From a virus: DNA of 64,000 nt. The stretch covers positions 32,324 through 96,323 of the IMG/VR virus record IMGVR_UViG_3300039190_000120. One strand, given 5' to 3'. Both the position numbers and the translations under genes were made by a program. Below, in pieces: positions 38,900 to 48,134 of this stretch. The notes below the pieces were generated by a model, which did not search any database, was not told the DNA's origin, and was given only the letters and a program-made list of their open reading frames with translations. How positions within the stretch are numbered: position 1 is the first letter of the stretch; each line of letters opens with the position of its first letter.

Positions 38900-39121
38900 T
38901 TCCCTATTTCTACCACTTCCCTATTTATACCCCAAAATGACCATCTAAGCAAGTGGATTTTTTGGATTTTTCCACCACACCTTAAATCGTCCTAGAGGCT
39001 TTATTGAACGGCAATCCCCCGCTGGGGAACAGGATTACGTCTTTATATCACGGTACACTCTGCCCATCAAGAGCGCATTAAAAATAGATAGGAAATTCGG
39101 GCCGCTCACGATCTAGCGAAC

Positions 39122-39152
39122 AAAGAAAAGGCCGGACTTAGGTAGCCCGGCC
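39122..39152 (-). terminator. Rho-independent terminator
   Basis: GGCCGGGCT/AGTCCGGCC stem then TTTTCTTT. Confidence 0.75.
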
Positions 39153-39182
39153 TTGACTCTGGATGGTATGTGGAGGTGCCTG

Positions 39183-39689
39183 CTACAGCGTGTGCAGGAC
39201 CTCGATCTTCCGGCTGAACTTGGTATCGTCCAGCTTAATCCATCCCTTGTTCTCAATCGCGTGCACAATGGTCGCAACACCCGATTTGTCCAACTCGTCC
39301 GCAATCTCGGAGTAGGTCGGACTGTGGCCGTGCTTTTCGATATGCCCTTGGATCGTCGAGAGCACTTCCTGTTGAGTGTCCGTCAGCTCAAGAGGACCCG
39401 TGCCCTTCTTCCCGCGCCCCTTACGACTACGGCTCCGGGCACGCATCGTCTTTTGAGACTTGCCTTGCGGCTCAGGCGGGGTTTCCGGCTCAGGCGGCTT
39501 GGCCTCTTGTGGAGCGGTAGAAAACCCCAACTCTTGGAAAGCCTCCATCATGCCCTGTTGGGCGGCGGCCTTCACTTTGGTCTTAACCATCTGGCGAACT
39601 GCTTCCGACTCTTCTTGCAAGTATTGCTCGAATTGCTCGTTCATAGTAGTCCCCATCGTAGGTGTTAGTGGGTTGCTCTTACTGCTCAA
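39183..39689 (-). CDS. Protein with C-terminal LexA-type DNA-binding domain, no peptidase domain
   Basis: LTDTQQEVLSTIQGHIEKHGHSPTYSEIADEL...IENKGWI...RKIEV; promoter TTGACA-17-TACCAT at 39699-39727. Confidence 0.75.
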   Translation of the reverse strand: MSSKSNPLTPTMGTTMNEQFEQYLQEESEAVRQMVKTKVKAAAQQGMMEAFQELGFSTAPQEAKPPEPETPPEPQGKSQKTMRARSRSRKGRGKKGTGPLELTDTQQEVLSTIQGHIEKHGHSPTYSEIADELDKSGVATIVHAIENKGWIKLDDTKFSRKIEVLHTL

Positions 39690-39732
39690 CCATCTAGTAT
39701 GGTACGCCCTAATACGTCACTTGTCAAGTGAT

Positions 39733-40131
39733 TCAGTTAAGTATGGGCTTTCTTAGTTGCACCGGTCCTCCACAGCCCTTCGACCGGCAGAAGTACGTCT
39801 TGATTGTAGCCCCCTTCTTCTTGTTCTGGTAGGCTCTCGCATGTAGCGGGTCGCCACAGTGAGAGCAGGTGTCTCTCCCGGAAAGGAAGAGTGTTTGGAT
39901 AAGAGCGGAACAGCGAGCTAGAAACTGAGTCTTCCAGTCGAGTCCTGCAGCTTTCATAGCGCTGGCCTTTATGGGTTGATAGTTGGGTTGGGAAATGACG
40001 AGGATAAGTAGATCGTCCTCCTCAGGTACCACACACAGCTCATAACAGCCTTCTATGGCCTTACAGTAACGCCCCGCCTCACGGGGCTCGAAACCTTGGG
40101 CAGATAGGTAGCTATCAACTTTCGAGTCCAT
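39733..40131 (-). CDS. Hypothetical protein with C-terminal zinc ribbon
   Basis: CSHCG...FC...GC; promoter TTGACA-17-TAACTT at 40225-40253. Confidence 0.6.
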   Translation of the reverse strand: MDSKVDSYLSAQGFEPREAGRYCKAIEGCYELCVVPEEDDLLILVISQPNYQPIKASAMKAAGLDWKTQFLARCSALIQTLFLSGRDTCSHCGDPLHARAYQNKKKGATIKTYFCRSKGCGGPVQLRKPILN

Positions 40132-40381
40132 TCTCAGGGTCCTTCATATCATGACAGTAGGTTACGGCCCCACAGCCCTTTCAGAATCGTTTAGATGTGT
40201 TATATTCCCCACATTCCAACAGGAAAGTTAGCAGCGAGTACGTCATATGTCAAAGGAAATGCGTATAAGTAACCGGATTGGTTACTGATATGGGAGGTAA
40301 GGCGCAGTATCTCTAGGCGAGAGGCACCTAGAAAAGTCCTCAAGAATGCTAGTGTTGGTGCATTCTGTTAAGGTACGGTAG

Positions 40382-40807
40382 TTATATAAGGCTGGTATGA
40401 CGATAGTTGCGCCATAGATTGATAACTTTTTTATTTTGCTCACGCCCTTGGTGCTGCCGCAAGGTAGAGTCCTTCCGGGCCTCTTCAAGGTCGCTTACGA
40501 ACTCTCGTGCACCATCATAGCCACCTCTCCGGTAATTACCGTTCTCCTGTCGAGTGAGGGACCCGTAAACCACTGTGTTGGTGGGTAGGTACCACTTAGC
40601 AGTGAGAGAGAGGACGCTTTGGTTGTTTTCCTTATAGACCCACGATAAGCATACGGACTTGTCCTGAGCTTCTCCCGGATGCGCTATCAGCCAAGAGTCA
40701 GACCTGATTAGATGGGGGCCGTGCTTTGTCCGGTGAACAAAGTCGCATAGCTCTTGATCAGGCCAGTCCCAAATAAGGATGCCCGTAGGAAACTTGAAGT
40801 GTATCAT
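40382..40807 (-). CDS. Hypothetical protein
   Basis: Start taken at MIHFKFP, next to upstream stop. Confidence 0.55.
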   Translation of the reverse strand: MIHFKFPTGILIWDWPDQELCDFVHRTKHGPHLIRSDSWLIAHPGEAQDKSVCLSWVYKENNQSVLSLTAKWYLPTNTVVYGSLTRQENGNYRRGGYDGAREFVSDLEEARKDSTLRQHQGREQNKKVINLWRNYRHTSLI

Positions 40808-40809
40808 GC

Positions 40810-41271
40810 TCACGTCTCTTGTGCTTTGTGTAGTGCTCGTCGGAGCTGGGTTTCCGTTGCCCGCACCGGGTCCAGAACCCAAGCGTCATCCTGCCTGTGT
40901 TTGACCAGAACCTCTGTCCAGAATTTCAATAAGGCACGGTAGTGACTCAGAAGGATGCGGTTCGTCTCAAAAGAGGCGTAAATATGGCGCTTGGGCACAT
41001 GCCACTTTTTCTCTCCGTACTCCCGGACGTACTCAATAGACTCCCCCACCTTCCAGTCAATCTCATACCAGAGTCTGTTTCGCTGGGGTCCATCGGAACC
41101 CGACTGAAAGCCCCAAGACTCCGACTTGAAGAAGGTCCACCGAAGTTTGAGGCCTCCATCAGTAAGGTCTATCGAGGAAGGGTCTAAGACCTCCGACGTA
41201 AAGATACGCCCAAAGTCCCTGTACGGTAGGTGAGCTAAGAGGCAGGCTGTGGTTGTACGGTCTAGAACCAT
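40810..41271 (-). CDS. Divergent MIRN-family protein
   Basis: MVLDRT..., P...LRWTF pattern; promoter TTGACA-17-TAACGT at 41290-41318. Confidence 0.6.
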   Translation of the reverse strand: MVLDRTTTACLLAHLPYRDFGRIFTSEVLDPSSIDLTDGGLKLRWTFFKSESWGFQSGSDGPQRNRLWYEIDWKVGESIEYVREYGEKKWHVPKRHIYASFETNRILLSHYRALLKFWTEVLVKHRQDDAWVLDPVRATETQLRRALHKAQET

Positions 41272-41329
41272 AACACACTCTTATCAAATACGTTATGAGA
41301 CTACCATAGCCGTGTCAAAGTGACAATCA

Positions 41330-41893
41330 CTACTCATTCCCGGCCTCTCGATACAACTCCATCAGCCGATGGAGCCTCAGACCCTGCTCTAAAGGGGAAG
41401 TGCCTTCGGCATCGTCCCCGTCTTCATCGTCTAGGGGGTGTGAGAAAGGACTGCCCTCCGGGTCGTAAAAAACAGGCTCAATCCCGTTGGAGACGTGAGG
41501 TATGATCTGCGGCCTAGACCGACCAGTCGGCATGGAGTCCACCACAAATGTTCTGTGCTGTCTCTCCGGCTCCATAAAGGCGGTCCACCTGAACATCACC
41601 TCAGATGTGTAGGAGTGATAAGGAGACTCAACGGGGTCCTCTCGCCGGTTGAGTTCCAGTGTACCTTCCATCACCTCGTCCTTGAGACGCTCCTGCACAA
41701 CTCGCTTGTGATTCGGAGGTATCCGATTGAGGTCCAACTTGTAGTCGATGTAATCTGCCCTCTGATCACTGCGGCTTTGGACAGTGATCCACCTTCTCTG
41801 GAGCTTAACACCATTCTCACGCCCTTTGGTGAGCAAGATGTTGTACCCCTTATGCCGGGCTCCACGTAGGTTGTTGAAGTAGTTACGTATCAT
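41330..41893 (-). CDS. MIRN-motif protein
   Basis: MIRNYFNNL. Confidence 0.7.
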   Translation of the reverse strand: MIRNYFNNLRGARHKGYNILLTKGRENGVKLQRRWITVQSRSDQRADYIDYKLDLNRIPPNHKRVVQERLKDEVMEGTLELNRREDPVESPYHSYTSEVMFRWTAFMEPERQHRTFVVDSMPTGRSRPQIIPHVSNGIEPVFYDPEGSPFSHPLDDEDGDDAEGTSPLEQGLRLHRLMELYREAGNE

Positions 41894-42122
41894 CGAACTC
41901 GAATACTCGGTAGTCGTCTAAGTGCGGATCGTACACGAGGACGGGTACTCGAAGGCGCAGGTCGCCCTGTACGAGCCGGACTCGTCCTTCTCTTTGAGAG
42001 TACCACCATACCTTATCGATCACAAGGGTGATACCGAATGATACGTCTTGGCCCTGCTGCCGAAGCTCAAACTCCAACCGTTCTTTCCGACAGGCTATCT
42101 GATTGAGCCAGTTATAGATCAT
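41883..42122 (-). CDS. MIRN-motif protein
   Basis: MIYNWLNQ. Confidence 0.65.
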   Translation of the reverse strand: MIYNWLNQIACRKERLEFELRQQGQDVSFGITLVIDKVWWYSQREGRVRLVQGDLRLRVPVLVYDPHLDDYRVFEFDDT

Positions 42123-42133
42123 AACCACACGGG

Positions 42134-42430
42134 TTATGAGTCGATTATGAGACGGCCAAGGGCGTGGGGATTGAATACAGCGACTCCGATACGGGTCTGG
42201 ATACGACCTAGAGGAGCAGACCTCCCTGTGTGGGCCTCCAAGGTGAAACCACGGCCCCGAAATAGCCTTGGACCCTTGTGATGTACTATCCCCTTGGAGT
42301 CGACAAACAAGCACATAACGCCCATGCTGTTTGTCCTCGTGATCTCTATCTGGTGGGCGGGGAACTCTTCTAGGTACGTCTCCACGGGCTCCCTTCGATC
42401 CTCCAATATGTCAAACCAGTTGCGTATCAT
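42134..42430 (-). CDS. MIRN-motif protein
   Basis: MIRNWFDIL. Confidence 0.65.
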   Translation of the reverse strand: MIRNWFDILEDRREPVETYLEEFPAHQIEITRTNSMGVMCLFVDSKGIVHHKGPRLFRGRGFTLEAHTGRSAPLGRIQTRIGVAVFNPHALGRLIIDS

Positions 42431-42977
42431 GTGAGTCTCCTAAGGTATCCTCGTAAAGTTGCTCTAGGCTGCCTGCCTCCTCGACGGCATCCTCAATCCT
42501 TTCCCGTATGACCATCACTGATCTTGCCACAAGCCGAATGCCTTCGCTGATACGGGAGCTACCACTCTCAAAGCCAATCTCTTCATGTGCTTTGAGCCCA
42601 TCAGAGAGTGTCATCAGGAAGTAGTCTAGAGGTACCTTATCGCCGCCCAAAAGGACCATCCTCATACAGGCCATGAGAAGCTCAAGGTACTGGTGAGGCT
42701 GTGTTCTGGGGTCCAGTTCAACTAGATCATTCCTCAGTCCCTCATAGATATTAGCATCAAACCCGCATTTCATATCTGCATAGAGGTCGATCTCTTCGAT
42801 CTCCCCATCTCGAACCACCACGGGTCCGTTCCACCCGTGATCACCGCTGTGAAAGTAGCAGCGGTAGGTAGAGCCGTCCTCAATCAGAGCCACCTCAGTA
42901 TCCTCATACTTACGGACGAGACGATATAGGGGCTTTCTGTTCGTGTCAAGTGCGTTGAAGTAATTAGTTATTGTCAT
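42411..42977 (-). CDS. MIRN-motif protein
   Basis: MTITNYFNAL. Confidence 0.65.
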   Translation of the reverse strand: MTITNYFNALDTNRKPLYRLVRKYEDTEVALIEDGSTYRCYFHSGDHGWNGPVVVRDGEIEEIDLYADMKCGFDANIYEGLRNDLVELDPRTQPHQYLELLMACMRMVLLGGDKVPLDYFLMTLSDGLKAHEEIGFESGSSRISEGIRLVARSVMVIRERIEDAVEEAGSLEQLYEDTLGDSHDTQLV

Positions 42978-43533
42978 CGTCATCATCTCCGTCCCAGCTC
43001 CATACCACGTCGCCTGAAATATGAATATCGCCCATAAGTATCGTCGAGGGTCTGTCTGAGATCTGCCTAACGTCACTCAGGTCTGGCTGCAGGGGGACGT
43101 CACCGGAGAGGACACCCAAGTATTGGCAAGTCCTCTCGTCATACGTCACTTCTATTGACGCTCTAGATGGGGTCAGAGACACGTTCTCTACCACCGCTAC
43201 GTCCTGATAAGCTACGTCGTCATAAATAACGGGGTACTGATTGATCCCACGTATGTCCTCCGGTGGTCTAGCGGGATCAAAACCAATGGAGACGTAATCA
43301 TGGGGACCGGGGTCAGGGATGCGAGACTCCAGAGCCATCTGAAAGAGTAGACCCCCATCGGCCCCTCGCACCTGATAGCAGAGGACACGAGGATCTGCGG
43401 CACCCCTTACAGCCAAGATGGAATCCCGCACACGCACCAACTGGAAGTAGGCATCGTCCGTCCGCTCCACAGAGGTCTCAATCTCTTTCCGTATGACGGG
43501 GTTTGATAGCTTATTGAACAGGTTACTGATCAT
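42964..43533 (-). CDS. MIRN-motif protein
   Basis: MISNLFNKL. Confidence 0.65.
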   Translation of the reverse strand: MISNLFNKLSNPVIRKEIETSVERTDDAYFQLVRVRDSILAVRGAADPRVLCYQVRGADGGLLFQMALESRIPDPGPHDYVSIGFDPARPPEDIRGINQYPVIYDDVAYQDVAVVENVSLTPSRASIEVTYDERTCQYLGVLSGDVPLQPDLSDVRQISDRPSTILMGDIHISGDVVWSWDGDDDDDNN

Positions 43534-43867
43534 GGTCATCATCCGATTCCACAGGGCATTGATCTAAAAAGAGCGCCGGTCTGGTAACATAGTTAGGTTG
43601 CAGCTCGAACGTCTCTCTAGGCCTGTTTGGAGACCCTTCAATAGGGAATCTAGGTGTTCCTCCAAATAGACTTCCCAGCACTTCAGGCAGAGGCCTTGCC
43701 TTGACACGCAGCCTCGCTCCCATAACCTCTCGATCTCCACAGTGAAGGTAGTACCGCCACTCCCTCTCACCCTCCACCACGCCGAACTCATGAGCACCGT
43801 GAGCATCCACCTCGTGTTCGATGATCCCCCGCCAACCCGCTACCACATTGAACCAGTTATTGATCAT
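43523..43867 (-). CDS. MIRN-motif protein
   Basis: MINNWFNVV. Confidence 0.65.
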   Translation of the reverse strand: MINNWFNVVAGWRGIIEHEVDAHGAHEFGVVEGEREWRYYLHCGDREVMGARLRVKARPLPEVLGSLFGGTPRFPIEGSPNRPRETFELQPNYVTRPALFLDQCPVESDDDHDQ

Positions 43868-44279
43868 CAGCATCGTCCTGACGGATCAAGGTGTGGCGCT
43901 CTGCGTCCGTCAAGAATGAGGACGGCCCGGAGGACCCATAGCGTCCGGTGTTCTCCATAAAGAAAATAGCCCCTACAGGCTGTTGCATAGGCTCTATACG
44001 CACCAGATTATGCCGTATGAGGCCCCGCTCTGTGAGCGGGACAGGACCCTCGGGGCGAAAGCGTTGACCTCCGATCTCTACGCAGGCTTCATGGAGTAGG
44101 TGATAGGGACCGGAGTCTTCCTGTTCACTGGACAGGGCACGGATATGGAGGCGCTTGTCTTTCCACAGAAGATCAAAGCGTAGGTTAGGTGCCATCTCGA
44201 ACAGCTCAGGGGCCACCCACCCCGGAAGCTCTCCTGCGTCTACCCCCGTCTGTACGAGTGCGAAATAGTTTTTGATCAT
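43857..44279 (-). CDS. MIRN-motif protein, first of a seven-gene run
   Basis: MIKNYFALV; GGAGGAG RBS; promoter TTTACG-17-TATAGT at 44300-44328. Confidence 0.7.
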   Translation of the reverse strand: MIKNYFALVQTGVDAGELPGWVAPELFEMAPNLRFDLLWKDKRLHIRALSSEQEDSGPYHLLHEACVEIGGQRFRPEGPVPLTERGLIRHNLVRIEPMQQPVGAIFFMENTGRYGSSGPSSFLTDAERHTLIRQDDADDQ

Positions 44280-44332
44280 ACGTACTCCTCCTAGCTGGAA
44301 CTATACCAGATCGGAAGAGTATCGTAAACGGT

Positions 44333-44560
44333 CTAGGCCCGCTCGATCTTCTCGAAGGCTCCCATGAAGAAGGGGAGTCCTACCGGCTCACGGGTGTCTG
44401 CATACTCCAAGCCGTAGCAGCCTTCGGAACCACAGACGTCGACCTGAGCAACAACACACTCCACCAGCGGGTACTCTTTGTTTCCTCGCTGCGTGGTACA
44501 GCCGCCTTCCATACGTTTGAGGCGCACATACACCTTATCACCCTTCTTGAGCTTCTCCAT
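44333..44560 (-). CDS. Small SH3/KOW-like hypothetical protein
   Basis: MEKLKKGDKVYV; promoter TTGACC-17-TATTAG at 44600-44628. Confidence 0.55.
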   Translation of the reverse strand: MEKLKKGDKVYVRLKRMEGGCTTQRGNKEYPLVECVVAQVDVCGSEGCYGLEYADTREPVGLPFFMGAFEKIERA

Positions 44561-44607
44561 CCGGTCTCTCCGCGTAAGTAGTGTCCCTATTGTCACTACC
44601 TAATACC

Positions 44608-45084
44608 CTACGAAGCACGGTAGGTCAAATTAAGGTCCCACACAGGATCTTCCCAAGGTGCAAATACTGGTCGAGGTATGTACGTCTCAATCATATCGGG
44701 GATTGGAACCTGTTGGTACTCCTCCTGCTCTCCATACATCTTAAAGGTGTGGTAGAGCAGGTCTTCCGTGAGATGGTACCAATCCCAAGACCGCTCATGC
44801 CGAAGGGAATCCTCGCAGCCGCCACCACGGGGGTTATAGCATTGGGAGGCTATCTCGAACTTCTGTGTTCGCACCTGCCAGATCACCCGATACTTCTCGA
44901 ATATGTTATTGCCGGTGTCGTACTGCCAGACAAAGACGACTTCAATGAGCTGATCTGTACCGGGATTAGGTACGGCCTTGACCGCAGGCCGGGGGATATG
45001 ATCAAGGTCGTGGTACCAGAGAGAGGATGCACGCTCTTTCAAGACACCCATCAAGTAGCCTACGGTACTGTGGTTTCTAATCAT
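44608..45084 (-). CDS. MIRN-motif protein
   Basis: MIRNHS..., P...VFVWQY. Confidence 0.7.
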   Translation of the reverse strand: MIRNHSTVGYLMGVLKERASSLWYHDLDHIPRPAVKAVPNPGTDQLIEVVFVWQYDTGNNIFEKYRVIWQVRTQKFEIASQCYNPRGGGCEDSLRHERSWDWYHLTEDLLYHTFKMYGEQEEYQQVPIPDMIETYIPRPVFAPWEDPVWDLNLTYRAS

Positions 45085-45092
45085 GGGTAGGT

Positions 45093-45551
45093 CTACAGCG
45101 TATTGTGTTGGACAAGTTCCTCTACGGCCCTCTTAGCTTCTTTGAGAGCACACTTCGTCCCATCCCGGTACGCCTTGATGGCGTGGATCTTCCCTTCGGT
45201 GTTGTAGAGGTAGAGAATTCGAGTTTCAAAGTCCTTCTGTGCCTTTGCCTCAGGGTCTTGGTGTGAGGGGTAAAAGGCACGACGGGAAACCACCTTGATT
45301 TCGCCCTTCTCTTTGTAGGCCTCACGGTCGAGCTTCTGAGCACCCTTCACGTCTGCCAGCATATCGACCATGAGTTGGGCCTTGTCCTTCTCTGAGGGCA
45401 CAACCACCTCTTGACCCCCGTGCATGATCAACTGCACACCTTCCGGGACCACAAAGGCCACGGACACGAGAGCTGCGTCGATCAGGGCAGAATTGACTCC
45501 CTCTGCAGCATCGGCCACAAACGAGGTACTTATGTTACTGGTAGTAGTCAT
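45093..45551 (-). CDS. Protein with C-terminal ribosomal L7/L12-CTD-like domain
   Basis: GKIHAIKAYRDGTKCALKEAKRAVE matches the KIxAIKxxRxxTGxGLKEAKxxVE pattern. Confidence 0.65.
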   Translation of the reverse strand: MTTTSNISTSFVADAAEGVNSALIDAALVSVAFVVPEGVQLIMHGGQEVVVPSEKDKAQLMVDMLADVKGAQKLDREAYKEKGEIKVVSRRAFYPSHQDPEAKAQKDFETRILYLYNTEGKIHAIKAYRDGTKCALKEAKRAVEELVQHNTL

Positions 45552-45583
45552 ACGTAGTATCGTACCTTACGGGGGCAAAGGCT

Positions 45584-46003
45584 TCAAGACGATTTCTCAA
45601 CCTCAAGGGTCTCCACCCCAAGTTCGGCATCTTCTCGGAACTTGTCAATCCAACCCTGTGCTGCCTCTTCATCAGTGAAGACTCGGGTGACAAGGGTGTC
45701 GTAGTCAGTCACAACGCAGACCGTCTGCTCAGGCTCGTACTCAGTTTCAACCACCAAGCCCCGCATCAAGGTCCAACCCTCGTCTACAGCGCCATCCTCC
45801 ATGAACGCCTCAGCCGCATCCTCGTTGGAGAAGATACGTACCCCATAGTCGTCAGGCTGGAAGGCCACGTAGAGGCTAAGGTTGCCTCTAATAACGTCCA
45901 CGAGGGATTCCAGTGTCCCCGTGAGCTTCCCAAAATTCTGGACGAAGGAAGGTACCTGATAATCCAAGAGACGCTTGCCCCATACGGTGCGGAAGAAGTC
46001 CAT
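45584..46003 (-). CDS. Hypothetical protein with internal repeat
   Basis: RIFSNEDAAEAF and RVFTDEEAAQGW. Confidence 0.6.
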   Translation of the reverse strand: MDFFRTVWGKRLLDYQVPSFVQNFGKLTGTLESLVDVIRGNLSLYVAFQPDDYGVRIFSNEDAAEAFMEDGAVDEGWTLMRGLVVETEYEPEQTVCVVTDYDTLVTRVFTDEEAAQGWIDKFREDAELGVETLEVEKSS

Positions 46004-46004
46004 G

Positions 46005-46514
46005 CTAGCCTCCTAAGGCTGCTCTAAAAGGGTTGTCGAAGGGTGAACTCGTATCGAAGGTGTTACGCAATGACTCAGAGTAGAACCGCGTATGGAGCTG
46101 GGCCACGTCATCTTCGGTAATAAGCGACGAACGTCGGTACATCACACCACCCATCAGGTCGCCAATATCTTCGAGGGTTAGGTGCTGACCCGTTTCTAGA
46201 GCCACGTATAACCAGTTATGGAGGACACGCTCTTTGATAGGCATACCTGCTGACTTGAACAGGGTGCTGTAGTCATACAGGGAGTGTAGCCCATCCCCAT
46301 ATCCGAAGACGAACCTGTCCATTGAAGGGTCCCAACTGAACCGAAAAAACTGTGTATCTCTACTGGAGAACTCGAAAACCCATATGAGATGCACCGTGAG
46401 GATAGCGGTCACATGCTCCTCATAGACCTCAAAGATGGGCTCCGGGAGTGTGCTTCCGATCCGCCTCTGGGCCTCTCCATACAGGAGGCCTAGTATGTAC
46501 CTATCCTGTATCAT
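46005..46514 (-). CDS. Divergent MIRN-family protein
   Basis: MIQDRYILG..., LPEP...LIWVF. Confidence 0.65.
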   Translation of the reverse strand: MIQDRYILGLLYGEAQRRIGSTLPEPIFEVYEEHVTAILTVHLIWVFEFSSRDTQFFRFSWDPSMDRFVFGYGDGLHSLYDYSTLFKSAGMPIKERVLHNWLYVALETGQHLTLEDIGDLMGGVMYRRSSLITEDDVAQLHTRFYSESLRNTFDTSSPFDNPFRAALGG

Positions 46515-46744
46515 GGGTCGTCTTCGAGGTTCTTCGAGAAGGCTTCGTCAACCAGCTCAGGATAGTCTTTTCTGATTCTGTTCTCGATTTTGTCAGCGAC
46601 TTCCTCGGGAGTAAGCGCATCACCGAACCAGAGCCCGATGGTCCAATTGTGCACCCCGTAAGGTGAGACTACGTGGGTATCCACCCCACGATCCTCCAAA
46701 ACCTTGATAGGTTCTTTTACGTTCTTTTGGATCTGTGTTGGCAT
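46511..46744 (-). CDS. Hypothetical protein
   Basis: AAGGAG RBS, ATGA overlap. Confidence 0.6.
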   Translation of the reverse strand: MPTQIQKNVKEPIKVLEDRGVDTHVVSPYGVHNWTIGLWFGDALTPEEVADKIENRIRKDYPELVDEAFSKNLEDDP

Positions 46745-46756
46745 TCCAATCTCCTT

Positions 46757-46861
46757 TCACACGGGCTGGTCGAAGCCTACACCCACCATCCAGTAAATCA
46801 ACACGCTGAATGCTGCGTAGGTCAGAACCATCAGGATACGCTCTTTCGTCTGTTCGCTCAT
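46757..46861 (-). CDS. Small membrane peptide (34 aa)
   Basis: MSEQTKERILMVLTYAAFSVLIYWMVGVGFDQPV; GAGG RBS; promoter TTGACG-17-TACAAA at 46908-46936. Confidence 0.6.
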   Translation of the reverse strand: MSEQTKERILMVLTYAAFSVLIYWMVGVGFDQPV

Positions 46862-46965
46862 TGGGGACCTCTCCGTGGTCGATGGTAATAACTCCCTGTC
46901 ACACCCCTTTGTACCCTAAGGTAGGAGGAGCGTCAAAAAAAGATTCTCGGAGAGGTCCCGTAAGG

Positions 46966-47649
46966 TCATCGGAGCTTGGATTCGTCGAAGTCCGGGAACT
47001 GCGGTGTGATTTCGTAGCACTTGCCGTCCCGGATAAAGGCCCGCCAGTAGTCCCCGGTGTCTTCCCCTTGCCCGGTCACGGTGAACAAGCCCTCGATGGT
47101 TTCGGAGAGCTTTGTGAAGAAGTCCTTCCACTGGTAGAACTTCACGTCACCGGACGAGAAGGTACGGTCCTTATGGTGGTAAAACGTGTACCCTTGCCCG
47201 GCTGTGAACATCTTATCCTCGTTTCTGTCGAGGGAGATCTCCAAGGTTTCTTCATCGACGAGAGCGATGCTGATCTTCTCATCATCGAACTGGACTGCAT
47301 CAGGAAACCTCGTGTCGGTGAACTCTTCATTGAGCCCTTCGACGAGGTACTTTGACAGTTGCCTTTTCCACCCGCCCACGTACTTCTCGATGCTGAGGTC
47401 TTCTCGGCTGTCAAAACCCTCCCGCGCAAACAGCACGGTGCCGTCCTCAATCTCGTGCTGGTGTACCACTTCCGAGGTGCTGTCACTCTTATGAAATTGG
47501 ATGACAATATTCGAAGAATAGCTGCTTCCGATCTCGAATGACTCGCCCCAGACAACCTCGTAATCTCCGACGTCAATCCGAATCGGTTGCCGAAGGTAGT
47601 GCTCCGGAAGGTCGTCAATAAATACTTTCAGGTCTTCTAGTGTGTGCAT
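46966..47649 (-). CDS. Phage hypothetical protein
   Basis: 227 aa, GGAGG RBS, LFTVTGQGEDTGDYWR motif. Confidence 0.65.
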   Translation of the reverse strand: MHTLEDLKVFIDDLPEHYLRQPIRIDVGDYEVVWGESFEIGSSYSSNIVIQFHKSDSTSEVVHQHEIEDGTVLFAREGFDSREDLSIEKYVGGWKRQLSKYLVEGLNEEFTDTRFPDAVQFDDEKISIALVDEETLEISLDRNEDKMFTAGQGYTFYHHKDRTFSSGDVKFYQWKDFFTKLSETIEGLFTVTGQGEDTGDYWRAFIRDGKCYEITPQFPDFDESKLR

Positions 47650-47736
47650 GTTGCCTCCCTTATCTAATTGGTGACCTGCCTCTTCAGTACGTGGTGGTCA
47701 GTCCACGTAGACGCCCTCACTATGAGAGCGTTTCGG

Positions 47737-47982
47737 CTAGTTGTCGTCGACACACAGCACTTCGCCGTGCACCTCGTCGTCCTCGTCAGGCCCCTTGCAC
47801 TTCACGACAACACAGGGCTCATCAGGAATGGGGTTCTGGCAGCACGTCTCACCCCTGTAATCGTAGCAGAGACTGCCACCATCGGTGGTCCACGTGTCGT
47901 CATTGTTGATGTCTGACGTCGGCTCGACGCCGCCGCCACAACCAACCGCGAAAAGCATCGCAATCAGAATAATCCGTTTCAT
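47737..47982 (-). CDS. Small Cys-rich lipoprotein
   Basis: MKRIILIAMLFAVG-C lipobox; GGAGG RBS. Confidence 0.7.
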   Translation of the reverse strand: MKRIILIAMLFAVGCGGGVEPTSDINNDDTWTTDGGSLCYDYRGETCCQNPIPDEPCVVVKCKGPDEDDEVHGEVLCVDDN

Positions 47983-48008
47983 TGTTGCCTCCATGTATCA
48001 GTTGTTAG

Positions 48009-48070
48009 CCTGCCTCATCAGTAAGTGAGTGGCTAGTCTCACTCATACGCCCGGTTGCCCGGGGGCGAAG
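48009..48070 (-). ncRNA. Degenerate type II hammerhead-ribozyme-like element
   Basis: Minus strand: gcc CCCGG-gcaa-CCGGG cg UA UGAGUGAG-loop-CUCACUUA CUGAUGA ggc; GAAA core strand absent. Confidence 0.45.
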
Positions 48071-48134
48071 TTCTCTTCATCGGTGATACGGGCCTTGCTA
48101 CGGCCTTGGCGAGAGAATGTCTCGTCTTCTTCAC

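Noticed and set aside
40140-40380. Structured ncRNA in this intergenic gap
   Set aside because: Only short hairpins and a promoter; no recognisable RNA family.
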